DNA of 64,000 bases from Octopus vulgaris (taxonomy: Eukaryota), in NCBI GenBank assembly GCA_951406725.2, contig OX597816.1, positions 148,924,001 through 148,988,000 of the forward strand, read 5' to 3'. The position numbers and the translations under genes were made by a program. The notes under the pieces were generated by a model. The model worked only from the letters and a program-made list of their open reading frames with translations. It did no database searches and had not been told where the DNA came from. Shown here piece by piece: positions 55,258-64,000 of this stretch. How positions within the stretch are numbered: the stretch's first letter is position 1; each line of letters begins with the position of its first letter.

Positions 55258-55728
55258 ATCTTCAATTTCTTCTTTCGACAATTTACATCGTCGAATTTTG
55301 GAGCGCGAAAATCCCACCAACGGTTTGTGATTGTGTTGTAAGTTGGATCTGGTTATCCTTAGTAATCCTTTAGCACTGGATAGCGAGAGGAAAGACTTAC
55401 ATCCGACCGGCTTGCAATGCATCTTAAGTCGCTTTGTGTTTGAATTACCTTTCGGTTCTCCATGTTGAGTACACACAAACGTCACGGAGACGTATCGGAG
55501 TGCCCGAGATCGAGTTTTGTCTCGGTACTTGTTATGGTCATTAGCATTACACGATGATTTAATACGGTATATGTATCCAGTTCTGTTCATGAACTGGTGC
55601 AATAGCTTCGAGAAGGAGTCAAAGGAGTCAAAAGCGGTCTGAATGAAAACATCTCCGAATATTTTTGACACATCAATCAACATTTCGCATATAAGTTTGG
55701 AGTTTACTTTCTCCTCATGCGCGCGCAT
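55258..55728 (-). CDS. BTB gene 2, putative first coding exon: FAR1/WRKY-GCM1-type (ZSWIM3/9-like, MULE-derived) zinc DNA-binding domain
   Basis: F.SF..F..L....TG..Y, then VCTQHG...GCKSFL...LRIT..NLQHNH and LSKEE; intact 157 codons ending in a strong GAT|gtgagt donor (phase 0). The link to the downstream exons is inferred from phase. Confidence 0.75.
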
Positions 55729-56134
55729 CAAAGCATATGCGTTCGATATTTCGATGGTTTCGTTGGAAATCGTTGAGCACGTGGGTTGTCACATGGTATC
55801 CCACACAAATAAATAGTGATCTTTCAAGTGAACATTACTTTCAATACACTGCATTTCCAATAATTCAATTACAACTGTGCTCTTTCATATTTACATTAAA
55901 CACAAGGCACTGTACAGATCATGTCCCATTTATTTAGTTTCATTATCGAATATTTTCTTCTTTTAAATATAAAGATGTTTGCTTTTTATCGGAAGATGCT
56001 GGCTACTTTAACAAAAGTAATAACTTAAAGCAAAATCATGCACTAATCAATGAAAAAGACTCTTCGTGGTTATTTGACCTATTAGAAATGCTACCGTGAA
56101 AAAAGGAATATAACTCTGTATAATGTAGTTCTAA

Positions 56135-58365
56135 GTAATAAACTTTTATTGCCTTCATGGTGTTTACCGTTTTACAAAATTAAATTAGAAAATTGGACAA
56201 AACAGAGAACACAACCGAAAAAAAATTTTGAGAAAGGAAATAGAAAAGAACCTAAACAATTCAGCACCTTGAATTGAAAAGTTGGGGGCACTGGGAAACC
56301 TCTTTAATGGCTATTGCAGCGTTGCCATAGGTGATTGCGAGGCTGATGCGCTGGAACAGCCAAGGACCCTCACAAGCCTCACCAGTTACTTCTGCAAGGC
56401 AAGTTGCCAGTGAAAACAGAAATCTCGCAGTTAGTGGTCCGACACCAACAAAAGTCTCGAATGCCACAGGATGGAAAATGTAGTTGGCCGACAGATCGCT
56501 GTATTTCAGGATTTTGTTCCGCTCAGCCACAGAAGCTGTGGATCTCGCCCTGACCACAGCACCCAGGATGTGAGAAGCAAAGGAGTTGTTAACTGTAACA
56601 TCCCCGACAAGGCATCTACCTTGCGACCAAGGGCACAGGGTGAGGCCATCAGGTCTATTTCCATCACATCTGGACAATCCAGATGGTTCCAAGATTAAGG
56701 GGATGTTTGCCCAGGCCAAGCTCTGCTTGAGTATCAGGTTTAACTCCGTATGACACACAAAGCAACCAGCATTCAGGCAGCAAGAAAGGCCATGAAGGCC
56801 TGCAGAATTGAGAAGCCTGCCACAATGACAGATTAAACCCGTGCATACGTCAGCTCCCACTCTGAGGGCAATTGAGACACAAGGTACGTCCAAGCTGAGC
56901 AGGCCACCAATATTAGCCACATGGATGGCATCAATCCAGACACCTCTGACAGTCCTTCTCCAGAGCAGACAAGCCCAATTCCCTCCAGTGTTGGAGAACT
57001 TCATCCAGTTCCCTGTTGAAACTGGTCCATGTTGGAGAGGACAAGATATTGCTCACCAGGGTGGAGGAAAGGAAGCAGGGGAGAGAGAGGGACAAACACT
57101 TATGAAGACCAAGACCTCCAAATGCAGCCTGATCGCATGACGTTGGAGAAAGTTTGACATTGATTAAGCATTCGAGTCTCTCAAAGATTAGGTTGTCGAA
57201 GCATTGGAGGCACAATGGGAATCGGTAAGATGAACTGACTCTGAATAAATATAGAAAGCTTAGGGATTGAGAAGTAATTTCTAAGTATGAAAAAATATTG
57301 ATGGGATTTGATAGCTTCAATATTTTTCAGCAACTGCTCAAGGGCAGCCACCTTCAGCTGGAAGATTGACTCAAAGGCAAGGTCAGTGATTGGAATTCCT
57401 AGGAAGCACCAAGCCGATGGGGCAGGGCCTGCAATGGAAGGGAAGGACTCTGCAAAAAGGTCAATAGTTGATTGATGGTGAGAAGCCAGGTGGATGAGGA
57501 TCCAGAACTAACATTTGGAGCTGTTTACTTGGAGACCCCGGTGACCAAGCTCCCTAACTATCATATCTGCAATGGTGAGAACACTGTCCAGAGGTCCCCA
57601 CAAACAAGTATCGTCGAGATAGCAGACGTTGAGGTCTAGCTCAACCCCCATCTTGGTAATGTCATCAATGCCCAGAGGTAACAGAGCGGGCCCAAGTGGG
57701 TCACCCTGTTGGACTCCTGAAGCGGAGGTGATGATTTGGTCACTGAGAGATAGGAGGGCTCCCGATAAATCTGCCATGCAAGGCAGTAGAGTTGTGGGAC
57801 CTTCACTTTTACTGAGCTGAGGACAGCATCGCAGTGGATGGAGATGACCTTGGGTAACAAGGAGAACAAGTTGGCATAGGCTCTGGTAGTGTAGGCAGCA
57901 GCTTCACATCCCAATTTGGTGCCCAATCCTAGCTGGGTGGGGTAAAATTCTTCCTCCAATAAGCTAGAGATTGATTGTAAGCACACCTTTGCATTGAGAC
58001 AGCGAAGGCTGCAGCTGACTACAATGGGGCGCAGGTCTCCATTGGGTTTAGTGAGCACGAATAATTTTGCACCAATGAATAGTGGGCAGATATAAAGGAA
58101 GACGTTCACTGAAGAGAACTGGTTCACAAACTGAGTCAAATTTTCCAAGAGCTCAAGTCTGGCATCACCGGCCAATAAGAAGATACCATCCTTGAGGTGT
58201 TAAGGTCGAAGGCCATCAATTCGCGCACCTGAACCAGTAGGGAAGGATGAAATCGCCTTTCTGATGTTATCAGACATGAAGACCAGTCTCGAGTATTCTG
58301 GAGGGTTGGGCCAGTTTAGGTGATTATCAGTGGGTGCTGGTGTGTGCTTCTTTCACACGTCTAAG
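56135..58365 (-). mobile_element. Decayed, 5'-truncated CRE-like non-LTR retrotransposon (RT + restriction-like endonuclease)
   Basis: RT motifs KPNGDLRPI, GVQQGDPLGP and YLDD; C-terminal CHCG...H.L.C, RPDG, KILKY and F.PVAFET; several frameshifts; GC-rich relative to flanks. Confidence 0.88.
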
Positions 58366-58527
58366 AGACTGAAAAATTTTTTAACAAATACTCACAAGAC
58401 AGAAAACTCTTCTGTATTTTTCATTGGAAAATAAAACAAGGCATGTATTTCAAAAATTATTTATTACAAAACTAAAGCTCAATTTATCAGTGTGTATGTG
58501 TGTGTAAACTGAAAACTATTTCTGATA

Positions 58528-59577
58528 TCAAGTAAAACCATCTGTTTTATATAAACCTGTATTTTTGACATTGGTAACTTGTGTTGATGATAATGGTAAT
58601 CTGTCCCCTTCTGCTGTAAAAAGTCCTACAGGATAGACATCATCATTGCTACCATAATTCACACTGTTGTCAATTGACTGAGTTGCTACAGTGCGAGTTA
58701 ACGGTTTAGAAGAGTCTTCTCTTATGAGTCTAGATTCAGAACACAATTTTTCTTCACTATATGACACAGGAGATAAGTCAGAAACTGGAGAACTTTCAAA
58801 TACATTAGATTTTAATTTGGGTGATGTTCCATATATCTTATTTGCTGTTGCTTTGCTATTTGTGGTATCTGAAAACGGTAAGCTAAAATCTGTAGTGGAT
58901 ACAGCTATAGAATTCAAAGGAGTGTTTAGTGCCTGAGAATTATCTGAAACTGAACCAGATGTGTAAGCTCTTTTATTCATTTCACCATATTCGTCATCAT
59001 CAGGTCCTACAGGCTCGATTTTTACAGTGGGAAGAATAAGAGAACCAACTGGAGGGTTGCCACCGTTAGTGTCCAGGGATGAAGCCTGAGACTCTTGCTT
59101 AAAGGTTCTAAGTGTATCTTCTTTAAGTTCTGCTAATTCATTTTGAGAAATCTCCTGCTTAATATCCTCTGTATGGACAGCTGAAACAAATTTGGTTGAT
59201 ATTGGAGTAGGAAATGAAGAAGATGTCTGAATCATTGCATCTGTTTTGCTTATTGTATTGGACACAAAAGATGGCATCTGCCTGGTATCATCAAACGCAG
59301 TGACTGTTGAAGCAAGTTGCTGACGTGCTCCACTTTGAAGATGAGCATCACACAGATTTTGTAAATCTTTCATGTCTAATCGTTTTGCAATGACTTTTAG
59401 CTGTTGTAAAATATTAAGATCAAGATCTAATAGTCCAGTATATATGTATTCAACAAAAGCCATTAAAGTTTCTGTGCTTACTTCAGGAAATTTTACTTCA
59501 AAAACCTCAGAAGAGATGTGTGTACTAAATATTGAGAACAGTTTTGGAGACACAGCAGACAAGACTATTTTATGGAC
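58528..59577 (-). CDS. BTB gene 1, last exon: C-half of BTB plus Ser/Thr-rich tail
   Basis: ttcag|VHKIVLSAVSP...FVEYIYTGLLDL...IAKRLDMKDLQNLC; 350 codons to TGA; AATAAA (minus) at about 58460. Confidence 0.9.
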   Translation of the reverse strand, partial: VHKIVLSAVSPKLFSIFSTHISSEVFEVKFPEVSTETLMAFVEYIYTGLLDLDLNILQQLKVIAKRLDMKDLQNLCDAHLQSGARQQLASTVTAFDDTRQMPSFVSNTISKTDAMIQTSSSFPTPISTKFVSAVHTEDIKQEISQNELAELKEDTLRTFKQESQASSLDTNGGNPPVGSLILPTVKIEPVGPDDDEYGEMNKRAYTSGSVSDNSQALNTPLNSIAVSTTDFSLPFSDTTNSKATANKIYGTSPKLKSNVFESSPVSDLSPVSYSEEKLCSESRLIREDSSKPLTRTVATQSIDNSVNYGSNDDVYPVGLFTAEGDRLPLSSTQVTNVKNTGLYKTDGFT

Positions 59578-60142
59578 CTGAAATATAATAAATGATAATA
59601 GTATGTTTATAGCTTGCCAACAATAGAATGACAGACACTTAAGAAATATGTTAATAAAGTAGAAAAATGTAGGCTTATGTTTTTCTGACTTTTTCAAAAG
59701 CTAATGACTCCTAAAAATCTCAAGCCACTGGAAGTCAATTTAAACGTCATTTATTTGGAAGGGTTATTTCATTAATACCTTAATAAAATGAACTTGATTT
59801 TCTTTTTCTGTAAAATATTCTATTCTATATTAGTAAACAAATGTTTCGGTAAAAGTTATTTTCAAAGACTGAGTCATAAAATTTTCAGATAATAATAAAA
59901 CCTAAAAAGTAATAAGTTCTATAACTTCTGATAACGGCACAAAAGATTTTTAATTATAAAGCAACAGATTTATCTAAGAATTGCACCAGTAAGAACATAC
60001 AAATCAACTACACCTACATTTCAGAAATATAGTGGGGAGTAGAAAGAATAGTTTGATATTAAGCCCATTAGAAATTAAGCATAATTTTTTAGACTTAAAA
60101 GTAACATTTTTTAGTTATCATGATGATGACATTAGAAACAGT

Positions 60143-60904
60143 GGATCTTTTCCCTTTGAACGGCAGATTTAGAAAATATTTTTTTGCAACTAAACACTTT
60201 CAAACTTCGGTCACTGGTAGAATATGTCATATAAAACATCTTTTACTCTTAGTGTTGTTGAGAAATTTTCTATTTTCAAAGTTATTTTGTGTTCAAGTAG
60301 TCGTATTTCGGTAATTTCAACCAATCAATGACGTATATTCAGCTGAATAAAATTACTGCCATTGCTTGTCAACAACAACTATCGGCAGTGTATATTTCGT
60401 TTGTCACTGTTATTTATGACATCATTCGTGCATTTGTACTGGTTTTAGCTTTAAGGTTTTAGGGTTAGGGTAGGGTTTTAGAGTTAGAATTAGGGTTTGG
60501 GGTTAGGGTTAGGGTTGGAATTTTAGGGTTGGAGTTACAGAAAAAAGTGAAAAATGAAGAAATTGGAGGGGGAGGCGGCAAAAAAGTCTTGTGGTGGTGC
60601 CATGAAGTAAACATGCTTCAGATACACTTGTTTATTCATACAAACGTAACTGAGATGAAATATGTCATAAATAACAGTGACAAACGAAATATACACCACC
60701 GATAGTTGTTGACAAACAACAGCAGTAATTGTTGAAATTACCAAAATACGACAACTTTAACATGAAATAACATTGAAAATACAAACTTTTCTCAACAACA
60801 CTAAAAGATGTTTTATATGACACATTCTACTAGTGTCCAAAGTTTGAAAGTGTTTAGTTACAAAAAATTAAATTCTCGATCTGCTGTTCAAAGGGTAAAG
60901 ATCT
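60143..60904. mobile_element. Foldback/MITE with about 270-bp TIRs, 8-bp TSD and internal TTAGGG-like repeats
   Basis: ggatctttt... pairs with ...gtaaagatct; gaaacagt is duplicated at 60135-60142 and 60905-60912. Confidence 0.9.
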
Positions 60905-60947
60905 GAAACAGTTTATAATGTGAAAAAGTTTACAACTGTATACTTAC

Positions 60948-61293
60948 CATCACAGTAGATGAGCCATTGCTAATACTGGCATCACATAATTTTCTACTTC
61001 TCCACATAGATGCTAGGTTAGATATGACACAATGTTGATGACTAGTAACTAGCAATTTTCGTTTCAGTAAATCTTTTTTCCTAATTATTGATTTAGATAC
61101 AGTTGTTTGATTTGGATCTTTCACCAGCTTTGATTTGGATGGAGTTATTTGAAATGGTGAAGTCAACACCTGAGCTGGCTTTGTAATATTTTGCGATGCT
61201 TGTGCTAAACTTGAATCTTGCTGGACTGGCATTTTAGTAGTTAGATGTACACATTTTGAAGTCTTTGGAGATGATAAAGCACTGTCCATTTGC
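60948..61293 (-). CDS. BTB gene 1, exon with linker and N-half of BTB (SHQHCVISNLASMWRSRKLCDASISNGSSTVM)
   Basis: tttag|G CAA...ATG|gtaagt; BTB N-terminal H...L..W....LCD pattern. Confidence 0.88.
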
Positions 61294-62509
61294 CTAAAAT
61301 GAAAATTTGCAATTAATTCAGAAGAAATATATATAAGAGAAAAACAACAACTCAACAGCATTGTCAAAATACCATTTTAGTCATCACATACCATATGTCA
61401 TGTGATTGTTGATTTCTTAACTTTTGATTCTGCATGTGTTGCTTCCCAAGGTGCTGTGTTTTATTCTTTTTTTTCTGTATCATTTTCATCTGAGTGTTGA
61501 GGAAGTGAGGCACGATCAAAGAAAGAAATAAAAAGATAAAAGACTAATGAATTCATTTAAATGGAAATAATTGAGACTGTGATGAATTGATAAGTTATTT
61601 TAATGAAAATGTCAATGATAACTAAAAATTCTTGTTTGTAAGGCTGACAAATAATGCTTAATTTCCACATTGAAACTTCCACTGAGGAAAAATGGAATCT
61701 GTCAGCCAAATCCTCAAAAGCATTCAAAATCATCCTGAACAGAGAATCATCATCATCATCATCATTTAACATCCGCTTTCCATGCTAGCATGGGTTGAAC
61801 GAATCTCTACAGAATTCCCAAACTTGAATGAGAATGGAGCTGCATGTTATACATATCCTATTCTGAAATCTGACATGATGGTAGATTGTTATAATTTGAC
61901 TTCAACATCAAATATATAGTAACTGCTGCCACAATTCACACAGACGTTCTCTGGTAGATTTTTTGCAGAAAATTTTTCAACATTGTAATTCCTGATTGAA
62001 CTTACAATTTACAATTGATCTGACAGCAGCTTCATTAAATTTGTATTTTTATCATATACATTGATTCCAAAGTTATACTCAATTTATAATGGATAGTGAT
62101 CCCTCAACACTGTATAGTGTACATGATACTGTATTACAGGTGTGTATTTCTGTGTTGATGATAATATTAGATAATGAAATACTGAGCATGCTAAGTTACT
62201 TGGCTTGCCCACTGATGTTTATCAATTGCACATCTCCTAACCCTGACATGGAGATTCAAGGAAGGATACAAAGTATGACTGAGTCTTAATTCACGATTTT
62301 GTTTTCTTAATCAAAATTGTGGACAGGCTGCAGTACTAAAAGTTGACATCACAAGAGACTTCATATCATAAACCTTCTTAATACATTTATCCTACATATA
62401 TCCTTGGTCTCTATAATTAATTGCAATATCAATGATCTCACAAATAAATTCTATAAGCTGATCTTTGTTATATTTCTCCTATTGGTGTGTGATGCTTAAA
62501 AATGTATAC

Positions 62510-62901
62510 CTGATATCTACCTTGAGACTTGTACGATAAGTATTTGTCCTCTGTTTCTGAGCTTCCAATCTTGCCTGCCTTTGTTCTGGTGTTTCTGCCC
62601 GCCGTCTAGCAAGCTCTCTTTGCCTATGATTTCGTAATCTTAATTGCCTTTCTTCTGCAGTTTCATTTTTCCGTCTTTCCTTTACCCTCATAGCATTCCT
62701 ATAAGCATTTGTCTTCTGTTTCCGATCTTCTAATCTTGCTTGTCTTTGTTCTGGTGTTTCTGCCCGCCGTCTAGCAATCTGACTTTGCCTATGATTTCGT
62801 AATCTTAACTGCCTTTCTTCTGTAGTTTCATTTTTCCGTCTTTCCTTTGCCTTCATAGCACTCCTGGTGAGACGACCCAGTGCTGATACTTTGGGAGGCA
62901 T
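62510..62901 (-). CDS. BTB gene 1, exon with four STPR-type 23-aa repeats (ETxEERxxRL...)
   Basis: Open 392-nt frame from ATG 62901 with the repeats ETTEERQLRLRNHRQSQIARRRA and ETPEQRQARLEDRKQKTNAYRNA. The AG|gtatac donor is phase 2, matching the next exon. Confidence 0.75.
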
Positions 62902-63173
62902 AACTTCATAACACTAGAAAACAAGACGTCCTATTATCAGAGAACATTGACACATTTTCTAGATATCTAAAACTAAAATTAGTACAATATCTTTTAAACA
63001 TGTTACAAGCAACAAATTATACCAATAATCCTTTCCCAATTATGTCTACAGAAAACTAGTATTTATATGAAGATTCCAACTGAAATCTTAGTGTATGGTC
63101 TTCACATTGCACAATATTGCTCTTTATAAACGGAGTGTAAGGGATTAGCTCCCCTTGAAAACTATTGTAAATT

Positions 63174-63182
63174 CGCCATTTT
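63174..63182 (-). promoter_or_regulatory. YY1-like motif AAAATGGCG, probable promoter region of BTB gene 1
   Basis: Motif about 270 bp upstream of the ATG, in the sense orientation typical of TSS-proximal YY1 sites. Confidence 0.35.
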
Positions 63183-64000
63183 ACTAGCGATTAAACTTTG
63201 TATATACTAACACGTATTGGGTCCAAAATCTAAACTCCTGACATACATACATACATATATATATATATAAAGCTGCTTTGCTGGAGTTAACGTGAGAAAA
63301 GTAGTAAAATGTGATTTAAAACATTGCCAAGATGGACACATATTTTAGTAATTAGTTCGATTCCAGGTTTGTAGTTTTATATCGAATTTAGAAATATCAG
63401 GGGGTTTTTTATTTAACACGAAGACAATTGGATATTTACCCGATATTTCATTTTAGATCTTTCAACATCACAAGGATACATATGTCAAGGAAATTTAATT
63501 GTAACACAAATTCTGAATTCGACGAAATCAATGAGTATCTACCTTTTAATCTATTCTGGTGATCGCTGCTCGTTTATTTTGTAAATAATGAACAGATTGG
63601 AACGATTGGGTGGTTTACTGATTTTGAAGTCACAGAATAAACTATATATTTTCGTGTTTAATTGAAGCACGTTCATAAATTATTCTTATTGATTCTAATT
63701 TTTATAAAGTCCCTAAGGCTTTGTATTTTCTTCCCAGAAAATTTGTTATAAGAAACAAATCGATTACAGAGTTGTTCTTTCCTAATATTTTTTAAAACGA
63801 ATTTTGCGTAATGAGGAGTTTTTCTAAAATTTTCTATACATTATATTTAATTAGGATATAGTATCACATATATGTAAAAGATAGTTATATGGTATAAATA
63901 TTTACCCATATATTATTCACTAAAGCGCGACAGGCATGATTAACCATTCATCGCAAAAAGAGAAAAACAATATAGGTAAGCAGGAGGAAACAAAAAATTA

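Noticed and set aside
60455-60535. True telomere or chromosome fusion site
   Set aside because: Short, degenerate and enclosed by the TIRs of a transposon.

Overview
AT-rich, microsatellite- and SINE-dense animal genomic DNA; the repeat families look like those of octopus (coleoid cephalopod; inferred, not verified). All recognisable host genes are on the minus strand. (1) A 14-exon 5' part of IQCA1/DRC11 (IQ + AAA dynein regulatory complex subunit): ATG at 33841, 618 codons reconstructed with consistent GT-AG phases, continuing off the left edge, with an RFX X-box-like site just upstream. (2) A tandem pair of paralogous BTB/POZ genes with a C-terminal BTB followed only by a Ser/Thr-rich tail. 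Each appears to carry a different transposon-type DNA-binding module at its N-terminus: STPR 23-aa repeats (62901-58528) and a FAR1/WRKY-GCM1-type MULE-like zinc domain (55728-40368, with internally duplicated exons). This pair is the most unusual system in the window. Mobile elements include a full-length decayed mariner, an internally deleted DD41D-like Tc1/mariner, a CRE-like non-LTR element, RTE/R4/CR1/Penelope/hAT fragments, a non-autonomous Helitron, piggyBac-type MITEs, two long foldback elements, a retrozyme-like repeat with a well-formed type I hammerhead ribozyme, many tRNA-derived SINEs and two minisatellites. Exon boundaries were read by eye and no database search was run.
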